Below are positions 27,006-40,205 of a stretch of DNA of 64,000 nucleotides, piece after piece. A program made the translations under genes and the position numbers. The notes below the pieces were generated by a model. That model did no database searches. It was not told where the DNA came from and worked only from the letters and a program-made list of their open reading frames with translations. The stretch's first letter is position 1, and every line of letters starts with the position of its first letter. Origin of the DNA: Lama glama (taxonomy: Eukaryota); assembly GCA_028534125.1 (NCBI GenBank), contig CM052817.1:15874001-15938000 (forward strand), read 5' to 3'.

Positions 27006-27309
27006 TAATACAGTCATGAAAAAAGATGATAAATAAACGTGTGCACCAGTTTCAGATTAAATTTGGTGTTGCCATGTGCCTTCACGGTGCCCTGAACTTC
27101 TCCTATCGTAGGGCGCAGATCACACATATTTGATTTTCAGTTGTCTCTTTCCTGCTTCATGAGAGCAGAGGCTAATTCTACTCTGCAAAATTCTCCTACC
27201 ACTGTGCATGACACATACAAGGTGCCTGGTAAATACCTATTAAATAAATGAATGGATTACCATGCTGTCAAGTAAAAACGAAAAAAAAAAATTACAAAAC
27301 ACTGTGTAA

Positions 27310-27460
27310 AGCACGCTGTATCACATAGTAACTAGACAACCTTGGGCAACTCAGTCCACAGCTCGAGCCTCAGTTCCTCCATCTTTCAAACAAAGATGAT
27401 CATTGCCCATATCCCATAGGTTTGTTCTGAGGATTCAAGGGTTAACACGCATAAAATACA
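27310..27460 (+). mobile_element. MIR fragment (preceded by an L2 tail at ~27130-27255)
   Basis: accttgggcaactcagtccacagctcgagcctcagttcctccatctttcaaa...cataggtttgttctgaggatt. Confidence 0.75.
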
Positions 27461-29519
27461 TTGTTCTTTCCCCCCTCCACTCTTTGTCGCTCCATCATCC
27501 AAATGGAGTGGTTAAAACTATACATACATCTTAGAAGCTACATACCTAAAGTGAACAATGTTTGCCACTTCCAAATATGTATTTTTAACCATTTTCAATT
27601 TACTTTTGTTTATCTCTGTTCATAATTTTTAGATATGAAAATATATTACACTCGCTAAAAATATCAATAAAAAGGAAAATAAGTAAACATACATATGCAT
27701 GCACCGAGAGACACAGCAAAGATACACAGGATATTATTCTGGCCTCCAAATAATTTACAACTAGCTGAAGAAACAAGAGACAAAATTGTTGCTGCAAAGT
27801 TGAAGAACCACTCAGTAAAGCAATACAAAGGATGCCTTACAATAATCTCTGATGAGCAGGCAAGTGACCAGAAGATGCAACCATTAGGACAGTACGTGAG
27901 ACAAAGGATGAGGCTATGAGATGACAGCTGGGGACAGAGTGGCAGTTCAGGTGGTCCTACAGGAGGGACAGAGTCAGGGAAAGCACAGTTAATGGAAGCT
28001 CAGGTGTGAGAGGCACAAAGTATATCCTCACATCAGTCTGGATTCTTTAAGTCCCCAAGTCCCCAAGTTTGTGTTTTTTAAAAACTCCTGATTAATAAAA
28101 CACTCATCAAGCCTTCCTAATCCACTCCCATTGCATAGAAAGAGGAACAAAAGATCAAAAGAAGCCTAACCTGATTTCTGAATTTACATTTCCAACGCGA
28201 GTGACGCACATGTCCGGATGGTCACCCTCATGTGACCTGCAGATGTGAGTCACAAACGGCTGGAGATGCAGAGCTGGCACCACCCAGAGCAGCTGGAAGC
28301 GGACCCAGAATGACAAGCCAGCCGCTCCCCCTCCTGGGGCAGGAACAGCTCCCTCCACATCAGAGGGCAGCCCAGGGTATCTTTAGGATGCCAGGCTCCC
28401 AGACAGCAGGGGAGTGAAAAGCAGCGGGCCACTAATCTCGCTTCATGACTTGACAGCACATCGTGGGGTACATGCTGTCTCCCATTCCCCCAGAAAAGAG
28501 TATCCGTTTTGTCTACGAGGAGAATTTATGGACTTTTAAAAATAGATTTTGCCAAACAATCGTGTGGGCAAATGCTGACTTGCAGTCTGGGAGCGATCTC
28601 TTCGTCAGGCCCAGCAAGATGAAAGCAGGTTCTATTTTCATCGTGAGAGAGCTGCACGCGGGCGTGGAAGCAACAAAGGCGAAATTCACCTTTCCTCTCC
28701 ATTGAGCCGAGCCCCTCACCAGCCAAAGCGGGGCTGGCTCCAGCAATCACCAAAATACCGTGCGCGGAGGGGCGCAGCGGCTTCTGCTTGAAGAATGGCA
28801 CCGTGGGGCTCTGAATCCAGGACAGGAGGATTTCCCAGTGCCCATCTCCGGCTCAAAGGACAGAAAAATTCTTTCCTACTCTGATGTGCCAGGAACTTGA
28901 CAGTAGAATAGTATTAGCAGCAAGAGCCGCAAAAGTACAGTGCATCCCAGACAGGCAAGAATGAAAAGAGGACACGGATAAAGCCTGCTCCGAGAGCGGC
29001 GGGGACTGGTTCTTTTTTTGACCTCTCTGGTTTTACCCCCAGGGCAGATTGTGCCCTGCAAGCTTGGAGTCTGAGAGTAGTTTCAGTATATTTCTTTCCT
29101 GGTGGGGAGGTTTAAAAAATGTTTTTTAACATGTGTAGGTATGTTATGTATTTTGCTCTGTTATGAACTGCTACAAGATAGTATTTTTGAATGTTCACAT
29201 GATACCTCTCATGTAAATATCTCCTTACAACAATGAAGCTGAACCCAAGGGGCCCAGTGGTGCGCTCCGCCTCTGGCAGGTTAGTGCGAAATTCGATTTG
29301 TACCAATCAGCCTCTGGCTACTGAAGCATGTAATATACTAGATGTGACAATTCCCTGTCTCACGACATCCACTCCCCCCACCCCCGGAGGTTCCCTGGTG
29401 CCAGCTAACTGGGAGCAATCACCACGGTGAGAGAATTCAGTATAATGAAGGGTCAAGTTCAAAACCCATTAATAATGAAGCTGACGGTGAGGATCCTACT
29501 AGTACTAACACGAAAAATG

Positions 29520-29760
29520 GCAGCTAATAATTACTGCATGCCTACTATGTGCCAAGCACAGTACTACATGCTTTATATAGATGATTTCGCTTTACCTTCA
29601 AAACAATCCCATAAGGTAGATGTAATTATTATTGCTGTTTAACAGATGGGGAAATGGAGACAAAGAACTGGATCAGTCTGCACAAGGTCACACTGTGGTA
29701 TCAGTGGAGCTGGAATTTGAACTTGGGCAGTGTCAGCCCAGAGGCCACACTCTGGTCCAC
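29520..29760 (-). mobile_element. MIR SINE
   Basis: gcctactatgtgccaagcacag...aacaatcccataaggtagatg...acagatggggaaatggagac...caaggtcacac...ggaatttgaacttgggcagtgtc. Confidence 0.88.
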
Positions 29761-32700
29761 CGCTCAGATCACACCCATATCCTCCCCAAGGCCTTGTTTA
29801 CAAGCCTTCAGTGCAGACAGGAAACAGAAGCCCCTAAGTGGAGGCGGGGCCCACCGGATTTCACAGGCAGTACATGTGGACACCAGGCTCCTCTCAGGTC
29901 CAGCAGAAGAGCCACTATTCTGCGGCTCCTGGGTCCGTCCATCGCACAACGGGCGTGCAGCAGCCTGTGAGGACAGCCTGGTGGAGAGAGGTGCCGTAAC
30001 TGCCGGTGTGGGAGGCAGAGAGCGGGCACGAGGGAAATGACGTGTGTTCTCCCTCCCTGCTGCGAGGGGCTCCACATTTGCTTCCTCCCATCTCAGAAGC
30101 TCAGCAGGACCTGGGGAGCCAAGCGGAGGCAGGAGGGACAGTCCTTCCCCGGCTATGACAAGCCCTCTGTCAAGAGCCTTCTTATTTGGCCACTCAGCTT
30201 AAGCTTCCGTTTGGGAAAGACCACTCTGTGTCCTCGTGCTTCCCGAATCCTTATCAGCCAGGAATGCAGTCACACGCCTCCCTGTCTGAAAACCCTCTGC
30301 TGTGGATCACGATTCTTTGATTCTTTAACGCATTCGTCCATTCAACAAATGTTTACCAAGTACCACTCTGTCTCAGGCACCATGTAGCTGGAATAAACGA
30401 TGAATGAAAAACGCTATGGCTCACTTCAAAGGGTTCAGCACTGATTAAGGAATACAAAACTCTGGTCCCTCTACAGATGTGTACTGATACATCCTACAGA
30501 GCACAGATGTCTCCGTGGGGAAGGAAGGAGGGGGAGGAAGGAGGCAGGGGGATAAGATGAATTTCCTAGGGAGCAGCGTCTGTGTGACAGTCCCTGTCCT
30601 AGATGCTTTCCACACATCCAATTTAATCCTTCCTCCAGTTCTGAGAGGCAAGTACCGCAGCCCCTTTTTCACAGCCACCTGAGGGACAGAGAGGTTCAAC
30701 ACCATCTGCTCCTGATGCAATGAAGGCTTCACAATTCCTACCTGGGAGCCCCTGGGGGGCTGAAGCCCAGCTGGACTAGGGAGCTCTCGGGGGCTTGTCT
30801 TGAAGTTGTATTTGCAGAGAGAATATTTCTATTTACTTAGGGACACCACACATTCCAGTGTCTTCAGGACAGACCTGGTTCATGCCCGTGGTCCCTGGGT
30901 AATGATTATGAACTCCTCTTTTCACTTTTAAGTGTTCCATTTTGATGCTAAATTACATGGGCATCCTATTTTGGCTTCAGTTTTACTCTTATTTGAATTG
31001 GCTTGGAGAAGACTGGTGGACATTGTCAGAGCTAAGCCTTCTGTTTCCCAAGCCAGAACTTTGGAGTTCCCAGAGCCAAAAGGGTGGGATTCTTCCCCAA
31101 ATTATGCAACTCCAGGTCAAGTGCTCTCTCCCCCAGCACATCTGCTTCTTCTGAGAATCGCAGCTAGAGAGGGACTTAGAATCTAACTCCCAAACCACAT
31201 CACTCTATTGGCCCAAACTAGTTCTTCTCTGCGTATTTCAAGTCACAAGGCAGTTAGAGAGCTGAATGGCACAGTACTGGTTCAACGAGGATCATTTCTG
31301 AATTAGCTGCCCATCATTAGGAAGTCAGAATAAAGATCAATTAACAGACACATCAGAAACTCAAGGAGCCCACATACAGACATGGATCAAGTACAGCTTC
31401 GCTCATCCCCCAAAAAGTCAACACAATTTCTAATTTAGCCAACCACACGTGGGATGATGTTCACAAAAGAAACAAAGGAAAAACATCATGAAGCTTGCAA
31501 CTGTCGGCTCTCTCTGTGCTGGGCCGTTCCATTACGGAAGTCCCAAAGCACTGAGCAAAGCACTAAATTACATACAGGTAGTGGCTGCATATAGGCTGCC
31601 AGCCGGCTTTCCGCAACATCCCCCATATGGCTAGGAACACTTGTGCCAGTTAATTAGCACTGGCATTAATCGAGAGAAGGAACATTGACCAGGACATCGA
31701 GGTTATCCTTAGACTATTTCAGTGTGTCATGTGATCATTCCTTCCATCTGTTATCAACATACCTCACACTTAATCCAGTAAATAAACTCCCTACCATTTT
31801 AAGCAAATGGATTCCATTTTGCCAGGTCTCTTTAGACTTTGCAAATCTCATTGTTCTTTTTTTTCCCCCTTCAATCTATATTCTGAAGTGTCACAGTGTC
31901 CTGATGTGAATTCAAGGACAGGAGCCATCCCTTCCCCCATCCATGGAACCCTGGGGAAGGAGCCATTAGAGGCTGGAGGAATGAAAACAACCACATGCCA
32001 TCGCTCACTCAAATGCATATTTTTCACTTTGCAGCTACCCTACAAATCTGCCTTGTTTTCTTTCCATGCTCACAATTCTGCTGAAAGCACGCAGAAAATA
32101 AAGCCCATTATTCAAATGAATTTCACCGGGCACTAAAAATGTGACTGAGTTTAGACGGAAACCCATTTCAAAAGGGCTCTCCTCTGAAATGGATGATGCC
32201 TCGCTAGGTATAAAACACTCGGGTACTTAGAAAAGCAGATAGGAAATAGTCCAACCCCAAAACACTTCATTGGCAAATTGACTCATCATAGCTTTAGACC
32301 CAAAGTAGATTTCCAATCCACTTGCCAGAAGGGTAGAGAGCCCATGCATTTTTAGCAACACTGATAAAAATCTTCCCTGAGAAACTTGTCTTCAAGAGTC
32401 TGTTTTCTTACCCTAAGAAAAGTTCTATATTCAATATATCATCAATCTCTAGCATTTCTCTATCGACCTCTTCCATAGACTTCTTTCCTCTCCAACACTA
32501 CCTCCAAGGCCAATTCCCATTAAACTGACGAAAATGTACACCATTTGCCCAGTACCCAAGATGGCCTTTAGGAAGAGACCAAAACCACTTGAAAGCTACG
32601 TAAGGTTATTGGGTGTTGGTCAGATGAAAGGAAAAATAATGACTGATCATGGTGGAACTTCTCTCAGTGCTGAGACATCTTAGAATAATGAGTAGAAAGC

Positions 32701-33219
32701 ACTGGACCTGACTCAGGAAGATCAGGGTTCAAATCCTGCTACCTCCAAAATGGCGACCTTGGGAAAATGGCTTGATCTCTGTGGCTAAAAGAAAATAAAT
32801 GACAATTAAGATCTCTATTCTCTCCAAATGACAGGGTGGGCTTGAGAATCCAGTGTGATAACTTTTTCACTTTTATCACCACCTGACTCACTGGGGACGT
32901 GGCTTGTAGTGATAATCAAGGTTGGCTCCCTTCTCTGTTACTTCATATAAAAGGTATTACCTAACCTGCAATTTAGTTTTAACAAAAAGAACAACTTAGT
33001 CCTTCGGGTAGCTTAGTGTGATGAAGCAGACACTTACTGGTCTAATTTTACCCCAAGCACAGGGAAAATCCGAAAGTCATCTCAGGAGCCAATTAATCAG
33101 AGAGAGATAATTAAATTTTACACATTGGACTAAGTTTTAACTAGGACACTAGAGCTACCTTGAGGATTACATAGCGTTTCTTGCTTTGGGGAAAATGAAA
33201 TTCGTACAATTATACAATT

Positions 33220-33600
33220 GGCCAGTTCAACAAATGCTTATTGATGATCTGCTTCATGCCAGGTCCTGCACACTCTGGATACGGATGGGAATTTAGACTT
33301 TCCCTGACTTGGAAAGCCACGTGGTCCAGGAGGCAAAGTCAAACACACAGACATGATGTGATACATGACCAGCAAATGATGAGATAGTGGTCCACAGAGA
33401 ACTGGGGGATGGTTTCCTGTAAGGGACGCCAGGTTTGAGTCAAGATGAGGGACTAGGAAACAGGAAGGGGATGCCAGGCAGAGGGAGCAGAACTAACAAG
33501 ACCCTACACAGAACCCTTCCAGAGAGCGAGACACCGTTCCTTTTTACTGGAAAATAAACGTGGAAGAGCAAAGTCTGGGACATGAGGCTAGGGATTATGA
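33220..33600 (-). mobile_element. L2 fragment
   Basis: ttcaacaaatgcttattgatgatctgcttcatgccagg...gccaggcagagggagcagaactaacaagaccc. Confidence 0.65.
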
Positions 33601-34469
33601 CAAACAGATAACCTAGGAATAGGAGAAATGGTGCCACGAACTATCAGAGGATTCTTTACTTTACCATCAATACATCACACAGTTTTTTCTTAAAATGAAG
33701 ATCAAAACAGACAAGCAAAATGCATTCCCATTTGTAAAGCCCAGGCTTATGGTAGTTTCCGAAGAAAACATCTATTACCCAAATAAGGAGCAGCGGGATA
33801 CATACAAAGATGGAGACAACAGTCTCAGGGATGCTGAAAAGCATCCTTTGACTGAAACTCACAAAACACAACTTTAGAGTTTAGAAGGAAAAACCTGGAG
33901 TTTAGCAATCCTGCTCTCACCTCCTCAGTTTATTGATTGGAGTAATTTGCAGTCTCTCAACCTAGAACCCATTCATGAAAAGTAAATCCTCTCCCTTCTG
34001 CCCTACCAGGAAAGCCACTGCCTTCACCTCCAGGATGACGCTTCAGAAGTCTAACATTCCTATCCTATTCATCAGTGATACGTGTAAATATTTGAACAGT
34101 TATTAACGAAAGCTCAGGCTGAAAGGTAGTTGTTCATCTGGAAAGTGTCTGTAGATTGAATAATTCTGTTTATAACTCATGGTCATTTCCTTCCACTTTC
34201 TCATCACAATTTACCACGTGGGACATACTGGCCCATGGTTGTCCTGTGTGTTCTGGTTTAACCAAGGCTCTTGTACAAACTAAAGTCTGCAGCACAACTT
34301 TAAACATTATATTGCATATTATTCTTCTCACAGTCTTCCCTAAGAACACCCTCCCCCATTCACAGGCTCACAGGGGTCTCTAGAAGAGAATCTAAAACAT
34401 GAAATTGTATATTTCAAATACCTGAATTGGAAAGCAGGATACAATGTTCATTTTATTTTTCGCTATTTT

Positions 34470-35140
34470 GCGGGTTAGTCTTCTGCCTCCCCTCCCTCCT
34501 CAACCCCTCCAATGCATTCCTCATCCTTGTCTGTTTGACTCTACACCTTAGGATGCCCGTGTGCATATAGCCTCACCTGAGTTTTTTGCCTGTGAGCTCC
34601 ATGTAGGATTCAACCAAAAGAAAGAGTCATCAGGAAACCAAAGGGGTGATGAGAGAGATTCAAGGCATTTCTCCCCCACTCCCTCCCTGCTTCTGGGCTG
34701 CCTTCTTAGACGTAGCTGTGTCCCTCTACAACGTCACCTCTGATTAAGCGGCTCCCCACTCCCTCCCTTGACCCCATGACATCACCTCTCTTGGGGTAAC
34801 ACTGTGTCCTCTCCTTTTCCTGTGGTCCTAGGCTTATCTAGGTTTTATGGGGCCCAAAACTTGCAAAATTCAATATTGAAACTTTATTTAAACATATATG
34901 ACCATGGGAACATATCACAGACCTCTCTCAGGACCTTGGAAACGGTCTGTATAATGAGGAACCCTGAATCCTACACACGTTTCGCTGGTAAGTCCCCTCT
35001 CTGCTGAAGACTTCCAGTTCGGGCTAGCTTCTTGATGCACTAACACGCCTGTTTCTTCTCTTTACAAGCTCTCTCCTCTATAAGGAGCCCCTTCATTAAA
35101 GTTTCTTCATTCAAACAATCTGTGTCGATTCTGAGTCCCA
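34470..35140 (+). mobile_element. ERVL solo LTR (LTR33-like), interrupted by a DNA transposon
   Basis: gagagagattcaaggcatttctcccccactccctccctgc...gtagctgtgtccctc...ccccttcattaaagtttcttca resembles LTR33. Confidence 0.65.
34827..35003 (-). mobile_element. hAT-Tip100 (Arthur1/MER69-like) non-autonomous element
   Basis: Ends atctaggttttatggggcccaaaacttg and gaggaaccctgaatc...ggtaagtcccctctctg resemble remembered Arthur1/MER69 termini. Confidence 0.55.
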
Positions 35141-37824
35141 CGGAAATCCTTGCCCATGAGCCAATTCTAACATATTATGTGACGATTTGATGGACAAACT
35201 TGCTTTCTTTCCCTTCTGCCTACCTCCCTGGGAGACATGAAAGTTTCCTATAACTTAGTCTAAACACTGAGTCTTTCTTTCCAAAAGCAGAAATAAAAAA
35301 AATAAAACTAGGCAGGACTAGACGGAAATAGCTTTCTCTCTGATGAGCTTTTCCAAGCAGGTCATAAGATAAATGTATTGAGTCTATCTTCATGAAACAC
35401 GTAAAAGAAACATGACAGCACCTTTCCAAAGACGTGTTTGGTCAACTATGAGTTTTAGCAGCTGTAATTGCAAAGCAGCTATCCAGCATTTTTATTGCTA
35501 TTCCTTTTGAATAAACATCTTAGTAACCACCCAAAACAAAGCATTATTGTGTTACAGAAGCAGAGAGAAGAACTTTATTATAGAGCCACGCTGGTTTGGC
35601 TTGAACCATACTAAGTATACAATCCTGCAGGTGTTTAATGCAGACGTTTGAATGATTAGCCCCTCCCTTTTACTATAATGTCCAGGGTCTGCATCATTAG
35701 ACTATAGAGCAAAATCCCCAGTGAAGTGGCCAGAACATTATTTCCCTGAACATCCAAAGCCCACTCAGATGTTTGTTCCTTTTTAATTATCTGAACCATG
35801 GCATTTCTTATGTCCACAGATGGAATACTGGGTAGCAAAAGAAATGGTGGCCATTTTACAATGGATTCAAGTTGTCAAACGACTTCACCTTCCAAAGTTA
35901 GAAACTCTAAGAGCTACGTGCCAGGAAGAAAACACAAGGCTACATTGTCACATGTGGAAATATACGATAGTATTCCAGTCACCTCATATGATAAAAGTGC
36001 TTCAAATTAGAACAGTGCATTCATTGTTTTGAAGAGTTTTCATAAGACTACGCTGCCCAGTAAGAAATATTGTCAAATTTCCTTTGAAATATGTTTTTTT
36101 TCCTCTATATCATCAGGTATCCACCTAACCCCCTACAGTTTTGTTTTTATTTTTTTAACTCTTCATAGCAACTTCACAACTAAGAATTTAAATTGCTTAT
36201 GGATGCTGGCTATCTTGCTTGGTCAAGTTGAAATTTACATTATCAAATTTTGACTACATTAGTGTTTCTAGGATGGAAAAGAAAGGAATGAGAAGATGAG
36301 GTCTTCATAGCAAATTCAGCATACTAAATGTGGTGCAGAAAATCAGCACACTTATTTTTTTTCACTCTGGTAGTTTAGTGATGCTAACTGTGGTAATATC
36401 CAGCTTTTATATATTGCATATTCACTACTTAATCAATTGCACATTTATTAATACGTTAGTAAACAAAAACATATGTGTTAAGTATGGTCATTTTAAAGGC
36501 TTTTTTTGACAATTTTGTACTATTTGTAATTTAAATGTAATATATATTCTTTTATATTTTAAAGAATTCTAGAAGTTTCTTTCATACTGTTTACATTTAA
36601 GATCTTCTAGAAAGAGCTCACAATTAAATGTTTAATTTGAAGAAGTTTAAATAAAAGCTTGAAATATTCTCAATAATTACATAAAATAATTTTTGGCATA
36701 ATTCTAGTAGACGCCAATAAGAAATATAAATGCTCATTAGCAAAGCAAATTAAGATGGAGAATAAGAATAGAAATAGAAAGCATGTATGTATTTAGCTCT
36801 ACAATGTTGTGAAGAAATAGATTGTTTCCTATGAAGAGGCAATATTCTGTTCTTTTTTCTTTGTAATAATTATAACATGTTAGAAAGCTGAGTCTGGTTT
36901 CTCTATTTCCTAACTCCTAAGAGGCGGTTCTAAGAGAAGATATTTACAATAATTGAAGATCCACGGAAATTATCTGATACTTAACACCAGAGCCTAGTAT
37001 TATATTCACTACCAGGAAACAGCTGCACATAAATTCTCAGTTCTGCTGTTGTCTTGCTCTTTGCACCAAGCGTCCCTGGATATCAGTATTTGCTAGAAGA
37101 GATATCAGAGTGTAGCTAATAAGAAAAGGCAGAGGTAAAAAGGCAGGAACATTTCATTTTTCTTGAAACAGTATCTTTCTTTTGAGGAAAAGTTATACTT
37201 CAATTGAGGAGATAACCAAAATGTTTATCTACATTCAATTTAAGTTCAAATCCAGGTCCAGGGATTAAATACCAGTGTGGTTATTTGCAGCATTCCCTCA
37301 AAATGGGAAAACTAGCCAAGACAGTGATTTTCTTTTATTGATGCTTTTAAAACGTATTCAAAACACCCCATACTTGTGTTACTATTAATAAATGTTAATT
37401 CTTTACCCTAGAAAACCTCTGGAAATACACACAGCATCTGCCCAGAATATAAAACAACGTTGATTTATGCCTTGAATGTAGAGTTACAATGAATAACAAA
37501 CAAATTCATTATGATGGCATAAAAATATCAAAATAAATTTCTCCCTAGTATCTATACCACATTGTAGGTTATTAGTTATTAATATCATTATTCATGACAG
37601 GCTTAACTACTGATGTAAAGGAGCAATTTTCTTTATTACTATGCATTCCTCTAAAATTGGTTAGTAGGGCAAGGGCAGAAATCTTGGTAAGTTAGAGTGA
37701 ATATTCAGGTAAACACAGCAGTGTTAGATGTACCTGAAAGGAACTCTGCATTGGTGAGAAACATACAGGAGTAAAGTAAAAGGCCTGGGATGTACCTCAT
37801 TTATTAATATTTTTATTGAGTAAT

Positions 37825-38050
37825 AAGAATAATCGCTGATATGTACTGAGCACTTACTATGTGCTAGTCTTCGGGATACATAGAATAGGTGCCTTATTCC
37901 CCTTTACTCACATGATTCCATAGGCTGGAAATTGTATCTTCATTTTATAAGTGAAAAAAAATCAAAACAGAGAGATTTTAGGTAACTGCATGTGGACAAA
38001 GAGCAGCAGTAGGACCAGAACTTAGGTTTTCCTAACTCCCAAGTCCTTTC
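37825..38050 (-). mobile_element. MIR SINE
   Basis: ctgagcacttactatgtgctag...cattttataagtgaaaaaa...ggtaactgc...cctaactcccaagtcc. Confidence 0.75.
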
Positions 38051-38056
38051 TCTAAA

Positions 38057-38938
38057 TCAGAAGTCAGGAAACTTTGTTAAGAGCCACAGATTTTTTTGGC
38101 TAATATTTTGGTAAATATTTTTGGCTTGGTGGGTTGTATGTTTTCTGTGGCAACTAACTACTGAACACAACAATCATAGAGCAAAAACAGCCTTTGACAA
38201 TGTGTCCAGGAATGAGTAGGTCTGTGTTCCAGTAAACTTTCATTTAAGGACTCTGAAATTTGAATTTCATATAATTTTAATATTTTTAAATTGTATTCTT
38301 CCTTTTTCAATCATTTTAAAAATATAAAAATTATTCAACAGATGAATGATAAAAAAGATGTGAGACTTATACACACACATATATACATATATACAATGGA
38401 ATACTATTCAGCCATAAAAAGAATGGAATCATGCCATTTGCAGCAACATGGATGGACCTAGGGATTATTATACTAAGTGAAGAAAGCCAGACAAAGACAA
38501 ATACTATATGATATCACTTATATGTGGAATATAAAAAATAGTATAATTGAACTTATTTACAAAACAGAAATAGACTCACCAACATAGAAGACAAACTTAT
38601 GGTTACCAAAGGGGAATGGGGGAGAGATAAATTGAGAGTATGAGATTAACAGATGTACACTACCATATATAAAATCCATAAACAAGGATTTACTGTATAG
38701 CACCAGAGAGTATATGCAATATCTTGTAATAAACTATAACGGGAAATAATTTTTTAAAAAGAATATAGAGGCATGCATATGTATCTATAACTGACTCACT
38801 TTGCTGTACATCTGAAATTAACAGAATATTGTAAATCAACTATATTTCAAAAAAATAGCATTCTTAGCTCTCAGGCTAAAACAAAAACAGACAGTGGGCT
38901 AGATCTGGTCAGGGGGGCTGTAGGGAGCAAAACCACTC
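38057..38938 (-). mobile_element. MER58B-like hAT-Charlie element, split by an L1 insertion
   Basis: Left part ...ctgtgttccagtaaactttcatttaaggactctgaaatttgaatttcatataatttt...; right part attcttagctctcaggctaaaacaaaaacagacagtgggctagatctgg. Confidence 0.8.
38337..38855 (+). mobile_element. 5'-truncated L1 (ORF2 end plus 3' UTR, cetartiodactyl type)
   Basis: tacaatggaatactattcagccataaaaaagaatggaatcatgccatttgcagcaacatggatggaccta...actttgctgtacatctgaaattaacag. Confidence 0.93.
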
Positions 38939-38942
38939 TGGA

Positions 38943-39110
38943 CTAGTACTCTTCTAATTTTAACGTACATACACATCATCTGGGGATCTGGTTAAATGCA
39001 ATTTTGATCCAGGAGGTCTGGGGTGAGCTCTGGAACTTCTGAGTTTCAATCAAACTCCTAGGTGATGTTGATGCTGCTGATCCCTGGACCAGCACACTCT
39101 GCAGAGCAAA
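38943..39110 (-). mobile_element. MER5A-like hAT-Charlie element
   Basis: ggaggtctggggtgagc...aaactcctaggtgatgttgatgctgctgatccctggacc. Confidence 0.8.
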
Positions 39111-39189
39111 GCTCTACACTACAATGCTCTCCTAAGCAACCTCTAAAGATGCTAATTTTCCTGTATCCAGGGCTTTGGCTAGTGACCTC

Positions 39190-40205
39190 ACTGAAGCACA
39201 CGGTCAAAGCTGGGAAACTTCGAGTCCCCTCCCCCATCCTTATTGCACCATCTCTGAATTCTCTTTCTAGAGCTTCCTCTCCACCTCTTCTCTGCCTCCT
39301 CTCTGCCTCTTCTCTGCCTCCTCTCCATCCTCAATGTCATTGCCCAGTAACATCTTCCAAACATCTTCTAGTCTTCAGTTCCTTCTCTCTGAAGTCTTTC
39401 CTCTATTTGGCAATCTAGGACTTTTCTCTTTAAATTAAAATAAAATCCAAGTATCTCCCTCCCTAACTCAGTGGTGGCCCAGAGCACACAGAATAAGATT
39501 CAAACGCTAAATTCTTTGGCTTCCCCAAACCCACCTTACCAATTTCTTCTTGCACCGTTTCCTAATGATAATCCTGATAAGAAAAGCCCCGAACTTTTGT
39601 CAAGTTCTTATCAACTAGAAGGTGCAAATGTATTTCTTTTCATCTTGGCTCCAGATTACTGTATGAGGTAAGTTCTCTTATTTCTATTTTACAGATAAGG
39701 AAACTGAGTCATAAAGAGCTTCAGGTGCCCAGAGTTACAGAGCTCACAAACAATTGATGTGAAGCCTGGATTTGAACCAGATGTTTTGACTCCAGAGCCC
39801 ACAGCCTACCAACTAAGGTATATTCCCTCCCAGAGCCACTTCATGCGCTCATCACACTGAACCACTTGAGTCCCTGATGTGAGCTGTGGCTTTGCAGTCG
39901 CTCATCTCTGCCTACAACCTCCTTTACTGTCATCGTCACTGGCCTCCTCCTCTCTCAGCGCTCAGCACCCCCAGTCACCATCTCTCAAAGTTCCCTTTGT
40001 TTCTCTCTCTCTCTTCATGGTACAATGATGCCCGCAGAGTCATTATTTTTCCTGTGTCTGTTTCCCCCACCAACGCTGACCTCCCTTAAGGCAGGGTCTC
40101 TGTTTTATTTTCCTCTAGTAATGACATCAGTTAACACCATGCACGGTAGGTAGTAGGTGTTCAATAAAAATGTGATAGATGAACAAGAGATTTGAGGAAT
40201 AAATA
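39190..40205 (+). mobile_element. L2 fragments interrupted by an antisense MIR (~39600-39820)
   Basis: L2 tail aggcagggtctctgttttatt...gtagtaggtgttcaataaaaatgtg; MIR core ttttacagataaggaaactgag...ggatttgaacc. Confidence 0.7.

Noticed and set aside
33779..33788. Second CCAAATAAGG CArG box
   Set aside because: A few CArG matches are expected by chance in a window this size, and there is no supporting context.
36130..36200. Possible hAT transposase dimerisation-domain remnant (SCE...KNK on the minus strand)
   Set aside because: Similarity is too short and stop-interrupted to support without a search.
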